A stretch of DNA of 37,212 nt from Candidatus Campbellbacteria bacterium CG22_combo_CG10-13_8_21_14_all_43_18 (GCA_002771565.1 PCTS01000034.1:877-38088); one strand, 5' to 3'; positions 24,085 to 32,420 are shown, counted from the first letter of the stretch. A program made the numbers and translations. Notes: generated from the letters alone by a model not told the origin.

Positions 24085-25182
24085 ATGAAATTTATTTGTT
24101 GGAAAGAAGATTTGGAAAAAGTTTTAATCAAAGCCGAAAGGATTACCGGAAAAAACACAACCTTGCCGGTTTTGAGAGGAATTTTTTTTGATGTTGGTGA
24201 AAAAATAATAGTTAAGTCCACAAATCTTGATATTGGTTTGGAGATGGAAGTTTTTGGAAAAAAAGAAAAAGAAGGAAAAATTCTTGTTGATGGAAATGTT
24301 TTGTTTAATGTTATTTCAAATATTAAAAAAAATATAAAACTGGAAATAAAAAAAGAAGATAAAAAAATGGCTATTTCCGGAGAAAAAATCAAAGCTAATA
24401 TAGCAACCCTGCCGGAGGAAGATTTTCCTTCCATACCGAAAATAAAAAAAGAAGATGAATTTTTTCTATCGCCGCAAAAAATAACAAAGGGTCTGAAATC
24501 GGTTTGGTTTAGCGCCTCAAACTCAAACATAAAGCCGGAACTATCCGGAATTTACATTTACAAAAGCGGAGAAAAAATAATTTTTGTCTCAACAGACTCC
24601 TTCAGACTTTCCGAAAAAAGCATTCCCATTGAAAATCTCAAGGAGTTTGAGGCTTTTCTTTTACCAACAAAGAATATTCCGGAAATAATCCGTGTTTTAG
24701 AAGGAGAAGAGAAGGATGTTGGAGTCGTTTTAGGAGAAAGTCAAATCTCTTTTTTTTCTGATAATTTATATTTAACATCAAGAATAATCAGCGCCGATTT
24801 TCCGGATTACAAACAAATAATACCGAAAGAAATAAAAACAACGGCGGTTGTTTTGAAAGAAGATTTTTTTTCATCACTCAAGCTGGCCAACATTTTCGCG
24901 GATAAATTCAATCAAATTATTTTTAAAATAGACACCGATAAAAAATTTTTTCGCGTTGAATCAAAAAACCCGGAAAAAGGAGAACACACAAGCGATATTG
25001 AAGCTTCTCTTGAAGGAGAGTCTTTAGAAATAGGTTTTAATTATAGGTATATTATGGATGTTTTCGCTTCCATTCCTTCCGACAGCCTAAGTCTTTCTTT
25101 TTCCGGTCCCGGCCGCCCCCTTTTAATCAAAGGAGTTTCAGACGGCTCTTTTTTATACATCGTTATGCCGATGAACAAATAA
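24085..25182 (+). CDS. dnaN: DNA polymerase III beta subunit (sliding clamp)
   Basis: 365 aa, directly downstream of dnaA. The overall pattern (LP(V)L..I, STDSFRLSEK, GFNYRYIMD, PMN C-terminus) is typical of DnaN. Confidence 0.9.
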   Translation: MKFICWKEDLEKVLIKAERITGKNTTLPVLRGIFFDVGEKIIVKSTNLDIGLEMEVFGKKEKEGKILVDGNVLFNVISNIKKNIKLEIKKEDKKMAISGEKIKANIATLPEEDFPSIPKIKKEDEFFLSPQKITKGLKSVWFSASNSNIKPELSGIYIYKSGEKIIFVSTDSFRLSEKSIPIENLKEFEAFLLPTKNIPEIIRVLEGEEKDVGVVLGESQISFFSDNLYLTSRIISADFPDYKQIIPKEIKTTAVVLKEDFFSSLKLANIFADKFNQIIFKIDTDKKFFRVESKNPEKGEHTSDIEASLEGESLEIGFNYRYIMDVFASIPSDSLSLSFSGPGRPLLIKGVSDGSFLYIVMPMNK

Positions 25183-25196
25183 GATAAATAGTTATT

Positions 25197-25682
25197 ATGC
25201 TGGTTTTAGCCATAGACCCTGGATATGAAAGACTCGGAATTGCCATTCTAAAAAAAAACAAAAATAAAGAAGAATTGGTTTACTCCGATTGTTTTGAAAC
25301 AAAAAAAGAAATTCTTTTTAAAAAAAGATTTAATTTTTTGGGGCGGGAGATAAGAAGAATTATTAAAAAATTCAAGCCGGAAATCCTGGCCATAGAGAGT
25401 GTTTTTTTTAATAAAAATCAAAAAACGGCCATGAAGGTCTCGGAAATTAGAGGGGCCATCATAAACATTGCCTTATTTTATAATCTTGAAATAAGAGAAT
25501 TTACCCCCCTTCAAGTAAAGGTGGCCGTCACCGGCTACGGCCGAGCTCCCAAAAACCAGGTTATTGAAATGGTTAAAAAACTTATAAAAATTGACGATAG
25601 AAAAAGAAAAGATGACGAGTTTGACGCCATCGCCGTCGGCCTGACTTGCTTGGCCTCGGAAGTTCTTCTAAAAAAACAATAA
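25197..25682 (+). CDS. ruvC: Crossover junction endodeoxyribonuclease RuvC
   Basis: 161 aa with the catalytic acidic motifs LAIDPG, AIESVFF and DEFDAIAVGL. Confidence 0.88.
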   Translation: MLVLAIDPGYERLGIAILKKNKNKEELVYSDCFETKKEILFKKRFNFLGREIRRIIKKFKPEILAIESVFFNKNQKTAMKVSEIRGAIINIALFYNLEIREFTPLQVKVAVTGYGRAPKNQVIEMVKKLIKIDDRKRKDDEFDAIAVGLTCLASEVLLKKQ

Positions 25683-25707
25683 ACTCCCGTTACTGACGCA
25701 AACCAAA

Positions 25708-27924
25708 ATGAGAAAAAAAAGAAAGAACAAGTTTCATCATAAAATTATCCCCTTTTTACTCGGCCTGGGCTTTGTTTTACTCGGCCTGATTTTTGTCTGG
25801 GTTTCAACATTCAAAATACCGGACCTGGAGAATTTTGAAGAAAGAAAAATTCAACAATCAACCAAGATCTACGACCGCACAGGAGAGGTTCTTCTCTATG
25901 ATCTGCACCAAAACATCAAAAGAAGAGTCGTTCCTCTGGAAGAAATATCCAGAAACATCAAAAATGCCACGGTTGCCATAGAGGACGCGGAATTTTATGA
26001 GCACCGCGGAGTAAGGCCCCTGGCTTTTTTAAGGGCCGTTTTAACAAACCTGAAAGATCTAGAATTCAGTCAGGGAGGCTCAACCATAACCCAGCAAGTT
26101 ATAAAAAACTCTATTCTGACAAGCGAGAAAAAAATTTCCAGAAAAATAAAAGAGTGGGTCTTAGCTCTCAAAATAGAAAAAGAAATGACCAAAGATGAAA
26201 TTTTAGCTCTTTATCTGAACGAGGTTCCTTATGGAGGAAGCATTTATGGGGTAGAGGAGGCCAGCCAGTCTTTTTTTGGCAAGAGCTCCAAAGACCTAAG
26301 GCTTTCCGAATCAACCTATTTGGCCGCTCTTCCGCAAGCTCCGACTTTTTACTCGCCTTACGGTAACAATCGAGATAAATTGGAGGAAAGAAAAAATCTC
26401 GTTTTGTTTAGAATGCTGGAGGAAGGTTTTATAACCGAAAAAGAGTATAAAGAAGCGAGAGAAGAGATTGTTCCTTTCAGACAAAGAGAAGATGTCGGCA
26501 TTAAAGCCCCCCACTTTGTTTTTTATGTTATAGAGGAACTGGAGAGTCTCTACGGCAAAAGGGCTCTGGAGGAAGAAGGCTTTAAGGTTATAACCAGCTT
26601 GGATTATTCTCTTCAGGAAAAGGCCGAAGAAATAGTAAAAAAATTTGCTCTGGAAAACAAAGAAAAATTTAACGCCGAAAACGCCGGACTGGTGGCCACT
26701 TCCCCCCAAACCGGAGAAATTTTGGTTATGGTCGGTTCGCGCAATTATTTTGACGGAGAAATAGACGGAAATTTTAATGTTACCATTTCCCAAAGACAAC
26801 CGGGCTCCGCTTTCAAGCCCTTTGTTTACGCCACGGCTTTTTCCAAAGGCTACACTCCGGAAACCGTGGTTTTTGACCTTCAAACCCAATTCTCCACCAC
26901 CTGCACCTCCGAAGGAACGCCTCTTCTTGGTTTTGATCCGGAGAGTTGTTATCTGCCGGTAAATTATGACAATGTCTATCGTGGTCCGGTTACACTCCGA
27001 AACGCCCTAGCCCAGTCTCTGAACATCCCATCCATTAAAACTCTTTACCTTTCGGGACTGAAAGACTCTCTTCAGACGGCCGAGAAAATGGGAATCTCAA
27101 CTCTCTCCGACATAAACCGTTACGGCCTGACCTTGGTTTTGGGGGGCGGGGAAGTTTCTCTTCTTGAGCTGACGAGCGCCTACTCCGTTTTTGCAAACGA
27201 AGGTAAAAGAAATCAACAGACGGCCATATTGAAAGTTGAAGACTCCTCCGGAAACCTGCTGCAGGAATCAAACCCCAGTCCGGTAAAAGTTTTGGATGAA
27301 AACATCGCTTTAACCATTTCCGACATTCTCTCTGACAACGAAGCCAGAACCCCGGCCTTCGGAGCAAGCTCCCTTCTTTATTTTCCCGGCAAAGATGTCG
27401 CCGTCAAAACAGGCACCACCAACGATTACCGCGACGCTTGGATTATTGGCTATACTCCGAACATTGCCGTCGGAGCCTGGGCCGGCAATAATGACAATAG
27501 TTCCATGGAGAAAAAGGTGGCGGGTTTTATTATTGCCCCCCTGTGGAACGCTTTTATGAATGAGATTCTTGAAGTCCGTCCCGCCCCCCCTTTCCGCGGT
27601 CCCAAAAAAGAAAGAGCGGAAGGCCTGAAGCCCGTTCTAAGAGGTGATTGGCAGGGAAGCGAAATTCTCTTGGTTGACAAAAGAACCGGAAAGCCGGCCG
27701 CAGACGGCGCGCCGCCGGAAGAAACGGAGGAAAGACAAACAACAAGCGTCCACAACATTCTTTATTGGCTTGACAAAAACAATCCGCGGGGAGAAAAGCC
27801 CCAAAATCCGCAAGCCGACCCGCAGTTTAAGCTGTGGGAAAAGCCGGTCAGGGACTGGGTTCAGAAAAACCGTATTATAGAAAATCTTCCGCTTGCCACC
27901 CCTAACTTATCATCAAGTCTTTGA
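25708..27924 (+). CDS. Class A penicillin-binding protein (glycosyltransferase + transpeptidase)
   Basis: 738 aa with an N-terminal TM. GT51 motifs are EDAEFYEHRGV, GGSTITQQ and RKIKEW. Transpeptidase motifs are SAFKP (SxxK), SLN (SxN) and KTGTT. Confidence 0.92.
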   Translation: MRKKRKNKFHHKIIPFLLGLGFVLLGLIFVWVSTFKIPDLENFEERKIQQSTKIYDRTGEVLLYDLHQNIKRRVVPLEEISRNIKNATVAIEDAEFYEHRGVRPLAFLRAVLTNLKDLEFSQGGSTITQQVIKNSILTSEKKISRKIKEWVLALKIEKEMTKDEILALYLNEVPYGGSIYGVEEASQSFFGKSSKDLRLSESTYLAALPQAPTFYSPYGNNRDKLEERKNLVLFRMLEEGFITEKEYKEAREEIVPFRQREDVGIKAPHFVFYVIEELESLYGKRALEEEGFKVITSLDYSLQEKAEEIVKKFALENKEKFNAENAGLVATSPQTGEILVMVGSRNYFDGEIDGNFNVTISQRQPGSAFKPFVYATAFSKGYTPETVVFDLQTQFSTTCTSEGTPLLGFDPESCYLPVNYDNVYRGPVTLRNALAQSLNIPSIKTLYLSGLKDSLQTAEKMGISTLSDINRYGLTLVLGGGEVSLLELTSAYSVFANEGKRNQQTAILKVEDSSGNLLQESNPSPVKVLDENIALTISDILSDNEARTPAFGASSLLYFPGKDVAVKTGTTNDYRDAWIIGYTPNIAVGAWAGNNDNSSMEKKVAGFIIAPLWNAFMNEILEVRPAPPFRGPKKERAEGLKPVLRGDWQGSEILLVDKRTGKPAADGAPPEETEERQTTSVHNILYWLDKNNPRGEKPQNPQADPQFKLWEKPVRDWVQKNRIIENLPLATPNLSSSL

Positions 27925-28180
27925 CCAACTCTTTTTTTCCGAGTCTTTCATTCAAGTTTTTCAACAGCTCTTCTTTTTGGAGAAAAAAAACGCTTTTATT
28001 CAAACCCTTTGTTTTAAGATAAAGGACGCCGGTCTTTTTATCAAAAGAAACCTGTTCTTTTGAAACACTTATCCGAAGTTTTTCTCTGACGAGAGAGACA
28101 AATTCCGTTCTGATGCTATCGTCCGGAAACGAAAGTTTTTCAAACTTCCCCAGAAAATTTTTCAGGTTAATAAAACTCAT
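27902..28180 (-). CDS. Small hypothetical protein, possibly DUF721/DciA-like
   Basis: 92 aa, translationally coupled to yebC through an ATGA overlap. The pattern ...GVLYLKTKG.....FFLQKEELLKNLNERLGKKELVKDL resembles the DUF721 C-terminal pattern, but this call rests only on my recollection of the family. Confidence 0.45.
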   Translation of the reverse strand: MSFINLKNFLGKFEKLSFPDDSIRTEFVSLVREKLRISVSKEQVSFDKKTGVLYLKTKGLNKSVFFLQKEELLKNLNERLGKKELVKDLMIS

Positions 28181-28707
28181 TCCGCGTTCGCATAAAGACC
28201 AAGGACATCATCGTGCTCCGAAAGGGCCTCAAGGGCCGCCTCCAGTTTTTCCCGCCCCGATTCGCTTATTTTCACAAAAACCGAGGGCCGCCACTTGTCT
28301 CCCGTCTTTTTAAAAGCCCAGGAAGCGGCGCGGGGAGGAGAAATGAAAAGGCCATGTTTTGCCAGAATCCGCCTCAATTCCGAACCCGTTCTGTTCGTGT
28401 TGTCTGAAAGAGTTTCAATAATAATGGCCGCGCCTTCCGGGCCGTAGGCCTCATATGTGGCGGAAATCAAATTTTCCTCTCCGCCGCCCGCCCCTTTTTC
28501 CACCGCCCGTTCTATATTGGCTTTTGGCACATTTTCTTTTTTGGCCGATAAAATAGCGGCTCGCAGTCCGGCCGAGTTTACATCTCCACCGGATTTTTTT
28601 GACTCATTTTGAATAAGCCTCAAAAACTTGGAAAAACTCCGACTTTTTCCCGCGTCCATGGCCTCTTTTTTGTGCTTGATTTTTGACCACTTGTTATGTC
28701 CGGACAT
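28177..28707 (-). CDS. yebC: YebC/PmpR (TACO1) family protein, shortened form
   Basis: 176 aa. The N-terminus MSGHNKWSKIKHKK, followed by NVPKANIERAVEKG, YEAYGPEGAAIIIETLSDNTNRT and the C-terminal EHDDVLGLYAN, are all family hallmarks. About 60-70 residues between the W.F...G segment and the C-terminal lobe are missing compared with typical proteins of about 240 aa. Confidence 0.85.
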   Translation of the reverse strand: MSGHNKWSKIKHKKEAMDAGKSRSFSKFLRLIQNESKKSGGDVNSAGLRAAILSAKKENVPKANIERAVEKGAGGGEENLISATYEAYGPEGAAIIIETLSDNTNRTGSELRRILAKHGLFISPPRAASWAFKKTGDKWRPSVFVKISESGREKLEAALEALSEHDDVLGLYANAE

Positions 28708-28754
28708 ATTCTAAAAAATGTTTCCCCGATAAAAAATAATACATACCATAATAT

Positions 28755-28790
28755 ATACTATAATACATACTATAATACATACTATAATAT
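28755..28790. repeat. Tandem 12-bp repeat (ATACTATAATAC x3) in the ruvB-yebC spacer
   Basis: The copies lie at 28755..28766, 28767..28778 and 28779..28790 (last base differs), with degenerate copies on both sides (28738..28795). Each unit contains TATAAT on the plus strand. Confidence 0.9.
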
Positions 28791-28801
28791 ATATTTTTTA
28801 A

Positions 28802-29815
28802 TCAATCTTCTCTCCGCCTTATTTCTTTCAAACCGAGATGCTCATAGGCCCTTGGCGTGGCCGCCCTGCCTCGGGGAGTTCTCTCCAAAAGCCCTGTCTG
28901 AATCAGATACGGCTCATAAACCTCTTCTAAGGTTGAGCTTTCTTCCGAAAGAGCGGTGGAGAGAGTGTTAAGACCGACTGGCCCTCCGCCGAATTTGCCG
29001 ATAATCGTTTCAAGAATTTTTCTGTCGTGGGAAGAAAGACCGAGGCGATCAATTTCCAAAAGTTCCAAAGCCTCTTTTATATTTTCTTTGCTCATCGGCC
29101 TTCTGTGGACTTGAGCGAAATCGCGGCATCTCTTCAGATAATAATTGGCCGTTCTTGGAGTAAATCGGCTTCTTTGAGCGATTTCTTTCAAAGCATCTTT
29201 TCCGGCCTTGACCCGGAGTATTTTGGCCGAGCGCTCCAGTATTTTTTCAATTTCTTCTTCCGAATAAAAATTCAGTCTATGAACCCCGCCGGAGAACCTT
29301 GAGCGCAAGGGAGAAGAAACGGAAGCTATGCGAGTCGTGGCTCCGACCATGGTAAAAGGAGGGAGGTCCAACTGCAGGACTCTGGCCGACGGCCCCTTGC
29401 CGATAATAATGTCCAAGACTCCCGACTCCATGGCCGGATATAAAATTTCTTCTATGACCTTGTTCAGGCGGTGGATCTCGTCAATAAAAAGAATGTCCCC
29501 GGGGGAGAGATTTGTTAAAATGGAAGCCAGGTCGCCGACCCTCTCTATGGCCGGCCCGGAAGTGATTTTAATTCCCGCGCCGGCCTCTTTAGCCACAAGA
29601 GTGGCCAGAGTTGTCTTACCGAGACCGGGAGGGCCGTAAAAAAGGAGATGTTCCGGCGATTGGTTCCTTTCCTTTGCCGCCCTTAGAAGTATTTGGACAT
29701 TTTTTCTGACCCCCTCCTGTCCGACATAATCGGCCCACTTCTCCGGACGGAGTGTTTTGTCCAGAGATTTTTCAGAGAGAGCCCCGTTCCCTTTCTTGAA
29801 ACTATCACTTGACAT
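28802..29815 (-). CDS. ruvB: Holliday junction branch migration helicase RuvB
   Basis: 337 aa. Walker A is GPPGLGKTTLA, Walker B is ILFIDEIHRL, sensor motifs are present, and the C-terminal winged-helix region contains LGLSSHDRKIL. Confidence 0.93.
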   Translation of the reverse strand: MSSDSFKKGNGALSEKSLDKTLRPEKWADYVGQEGVRKNVQILLRAAKERNQSPEHLLFYGPPGLGKTTLATLVAKEAGAGIKITSGPAIERVGDLASILTNLSPGDILFIDEIHRLNKVIEEILYPAMESGVLDIIIGKGPSARVLQLDLPPFTMVGATTRIASVSSPLRSRFSGGVHRLNFYSEEEIEKILERSAKILRVKAGKDALKEIAQRSRFTPRTANYYLKRCRDFAQVHRRPMSKENIKEALELLEIDRLGLSSHDRKILETIIGKFGGGPVGLNTLSTALSEESSTLEEVYEPYLIQTGLLERTPRGRAATPRAYEHLGLKEIRRRED

Positions 29816-29837
29816 AAATTAACAGATATGTTAGTAT
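29809..29837 (+). promoter_or_regulatory. Near-consensus plus-strand promoter facing the inverted-repeat element
   Basis: TTGACA (29809..29814), a 17-nt spacer, then TAGTAT (29832..29837) preceded by an extended -10 TG (29829..29830). It overlaps the ruvB start codon on the opposite strand. Confidence 0.45.
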
Positions 29838-29843
29838 TACAAC

Positions 29844-30030
29844 CGAAAGTAAGTTTTTTAATAGAGTCCGGAAATCTCTAAGCATCCGAGCGTCTTTACA
29901 AGGATTTTTTTGCTTTTCCCCTTCTGGGTAAATTGCTGAATTTCTCCTTAGTCTTCACGCTTAACTTCACTCCGCTGAAGTCTTGCTTAGAGATTTCCGG
30001 ACTCTATTTATTTTACTTTATTCTTTTGCC
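29844..30030 (+). ncRNA. Candidate small RNA of about 185 nt (promoter + 25-bp closing stem + U-rich tail); identity unknown
   Basis: The predicted TSS is about 7 nt after the -10 box at 29837. The transcript would fold into the 25-bp stem, with an internal hairpin ACTTCA-CTCCGC-TGAAGT. It would end in TATTTTACTTTATTCTTTT (30009..30027). There is no ORF with a start codon and RBS inside. Confidence 0.3.
29860..30008. repeat. 149-nt element bounded by perfect 25-bp inverted repeats
   Basis: AATAGAGTCCGGAAATCTCTAAGCA (29860..29884) is the exact reverse complement of 29984..30008. The arms enclose 99 nt. The element lies in the pilB-ruvB intergenic region. Confidence 0.9.
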
Positions 30031-30101
30031 ACTATAAACCATTTCTCGGTCCAAAAACATTTACCCAAGCCCCGATTTGTTTCGTGGTTTTGCCAAACCT
30101 T

Positions 30102-31769
30102 TTATCCCAGCTCTATAACTCTTTTCACCTCCTCCAAAGAAGTCATGCCCTTCAAGGCTTTTATGACGGCGTCTTCTTTCATATCAAGCAAGCCTCTTTT
30201 TTTGGCTAGCTCTTCTATTTCTCTTTCGGCCGGCATTGCGGATATTAATTTTTCCATTTCCTCGTCAACGACCACTACTTCAAAAATTCCTCTCCTCTCC
30301 GCGTAGGCGGCGACATCGTTTTCGTCTCCCGTGTCCGGAACCCACAAATAATCTGTCTGCGGAATCTTGCTTTTATCGGCTACGCCGGAAAGAATTTTCT
30401 CCACTAAAACTTTATCTTTATCCGATATCGGCACTTTTTTCTTTCTTCCTTCGTCCAGATGCCGTATCAGCCTTTGGGCCATGGCGATGTTAACGGAGGG
30501 GCCTATGGTTTTCGGGTCAATGCCGAGGTCTAAAAGTCTTGGAAAAGTTCCGGCAGCCGAGTTGGTATGCAAGGTTGATAAAACCAAATGACCGGTCAGA
30601 GAAGCGTGAACGGCAATTCTGGCCGTTTCTTCATCTCGGATTTCTCCCACCATTATAATATCGGGGTCTTGTCTTAAGGCCGACCTTAGTCCGGAAGAAA
30701 AATTGTAGTTTTTCTTGGGATTGACTTGCGTTTGAACAATGCCCGGCAGGTGATATTCAACGGGGTCTTCAATGGTGATTATTTTTATCTCCGGACGATG
30801 AATTTTCCTTAAAAAAGCGTAGAGGGTTGTCGTTTTTCCGGAACCCGTCGGTCCGGTGTTTAATATCAGGCCGTTGGGCTTTTCTATTTCCCTTAAGACA
30901 ACCTTTAAGACGTCCTCATCCAGGCCGAGGTTTTCCAGAGAAATCTTAAGCGTTTCGGGGTTGAGGATTCTCAAAACAATGGATTCGCCGTAAGCTCCGG
31001 GCAGGGAAGAGGCCCTGATCTCTATGTCCGTTTTTTCAAGCTTGATGCTGAACCTTCCGTCCTGGGCTTCTTTTTTTAAATTCAGTTTCAAGCCGGATAG
31101 AAGTTTCAGACGCGAGAGCAGAAGCCCGTAAGTCTCAAGGTCCATCCGAAGAATATCGGTTAAAATGCCGTTCAGTCGGAAACGCAACCTGACATAGGAT
31201 TCCTCCGGCTCTATGTGGACATCGGAGGCTTTAAGCGAGATAGCTCCGGCCAAAATTGACTCAACGATTCTTGAAATTCTGTAACTTTTCTTCAAAGACA
31301 AAGTCTGCTTGATTCCGCTCTCTACATCTCCGAGGGTTTTGTTTTGCCTAACCCCCTCTTCTATTTGCCTGTTTGAGATATCCAAGACCCCGGCCGTCGT
31401 TTCCGTGGAAAAAGAGATGTCCTTATATCTCTCCCAGGCGCTTCGGAGGCTTTTATTTGAAACCATAAAGAGCTTGGGCGAATAGCCTTCTTTTTGAAGC
31501 TCGTCCAAGATATCTTTTGTTTTCGGGTCGTTCGGAGAAAGAATCCCGACCTTTAAATTTTTGTTGAGTTTTTCAAAGACAGCCAGCTTGCTTTCCCTGG
31601 CTATGGCCTCCGGCACGATTCTCAAAGCGTCGGTGTCTATGGAAGTTTGGTTGAGGTCCCTGTAAAGGAGCCCGTATTTGGAGGAAAGAATTTTTTGAAG
31701 CCCCTCCTCCTCTTTTTCTCTGAAGAGTCTTGTTTTTTCCTCCCTTCTTTTATCGTCAAATAAAACCAT
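30102..31769 (-). CDS. pilB: GspE/PilB family type IV pilus / type II secretion ATPase
   Basis: 555 aa. Walker A is GPTGSGKTTTLYA, the Asp box is ITIEDPVEY, Walker B is IIMVGEIRDEETA and the His box is GHLVLSTLHTNSA. An N-terminal GSPII_E_N-like region is present. Confidence 0.9.
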   Translation of the reverse strand: MVLFDDKRREEKTRLFREKEEEGLQKILSSKYGLLYRDLNQTSIDTDALRIVPEAIARESKLAVFEKLNKNLKVGILSPNDPKTKDILDELQKEGYSPKLFMVSNKSLRSAWERYKDISFSTETTAGVLDISNRQIEEGVRQNKTLGDVESGIKQTLSLKKSYRISRIVESILAGAISLKASDVHIEPEESYVRLRFRLNGILTDILRMDLETYGLLLSRLKLLSGLKLNLKKEAQDGRFSIKLEKTDIEIRASSLPGAYGESIVLRILNPETLKISLENLGLDEDVLKVVLREIEKPNGLILNTGPTGSGKTTTLYAFLRKIHRPEIKIITIEDPVEYHLPGIVQTQVNPKKNYNFSSGLRSALRQDPDIIMVGEIRDEETARIAVHASLTGHLVLSTLHTNSAAGTFPRLLDLGIDPKTIGPSVNIAMAQRLIRHLDEGRKKKVPISDKDKVLVEKILSGVADKSKIPQTDYLWVPDTGDENDVAAYAERRGIFEVVVVDEEMEKLISAMPAEREIEELAKKRGLLDMKEDAVIKALKGMTSLEEVKRVIELG

Positions 31770-31902
31770 TCTTCAAATCATAACTCTTTTGGCCGTAACC
31801 CTCAACAAAAGAGCGTCTTTGGGCGGATGTCGGGCCTCTGCCCAAGGAGGTGGTCTTATCAAGGGCGTCTAAGTGTAAAAATGGATGAGGTTATTCAAGT
31901 GG

Positions 31903-31931
31903 TTGACTATTGGTTTGTTTTGTAGTATTAT
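31903..31931 (+). promoter_or_regulatory. Putative promoter of the GC-rich lipoprotein gene
   Basis: TTGACT (31903..31908), a 17-nt spacer, then TATTAT (31926..31931). Confidence 0.4.
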
Positions 31932-31989
31932 TCACACAGAAACAGAAAAAAACTCTGGATTGACCGCCCATCATACGAGGAGAACCGCA

Positions 31990-32403
31990 ATGAAGCGCTT
32001 GATGAAATGCTTGTTTTTGTTCCCCCCGCTTCTTCTTGCTCTCGGCTCGTGCTACGCGAGTCTGGGGGTAAGGAGTGGCCTCGGTATCTCCATTGTTATG
32101 GAAAGGGCCGGGGAGTACGCCAATGTTTTTGTCACAAACCAGTTTGCCGGCAACAAACTGGTTTGTGAGCAGTTAACCGCGGACGAAGCCCCTCGGTGCG
32201 TCTATCGCCCACCGGGAGGGTTTACCGCAACCTCCGTCTGCGGAGAGATTTACATCCAGAGCCGCCGGATCGGCTCCGGAGAAATCGTCGGTTTTACTAG
32301 GTTTAACTACTGCGACTGGTATCGCGGTAGCGGGTTTGGCCGGTATGATTTCCCGGTCTACCGCATCCGGGAAATCAGTCCGGTGGTGCCGGCCGGCCGG
32401 TAG
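31990..32403 (+). CDS. Small Cys-containing lipoprotein of unknown function, in a GC-rich islet
   Basis: I prefer the ATG at 31990 (MKRLMKCLFLFPPLLLALGSC, a lipobox-like LGSC), which has an AGGAG Shine-Dalgarno 8 nt upstream. The ORF-track start at 31885 adds 35 unlikely residues. Two 60-nt samples (32041..32100 and 32161..32220) contain 35 and 39 G+C. The gene is followed by a strong terminator. Confidence 0.65.
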   Translation: MKRLMKCLFLFPPLLLALGSCYASLGVRSGLGISIVMERAGEYANVFVTNQFAGNKLVCEQLTADEAPRCVYRPPGGFTATSVCGEIYIQSRRIGSGEIVGFTRFNYCDWYRGSGFGRYDFPVYRIREISPVVPAGR

Positions 32404-32420
32404 CGATGGGAAGGCGGCTT

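Noticed and set aside
28696-28971. 91-aa plus-strand ORF beginning MSGHILKN...YHNIYYNTYYNTYYNIYF
   Set aside because: The Tyr/Asn repeats are the translation of the 12-bp tandem repeat. The rest is antisense to the 3' end of ruvB.
29860-30008. The inverted-repeat element as an SRP RNA, tmRNA or a terminator for pilB
   Set aside because: It has no GGAA/AGCA SRP domain-IV motif and no tRNA-like end or tag ORF. On the minus strand (the pilB sense strand) the hairpin is followed by an A-run, not a U-run, so it is not a canonical terminator for pilB.
31885-31989. Upstream extension of the lipoprotein ORF (start at 31885)
   Set aside because: It would place 35 residues ahead of the signal peptide and would start inside the predicted promoter. 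The ATG at 31990 has an AGGAG ribosome-binding site at ideal spacing.
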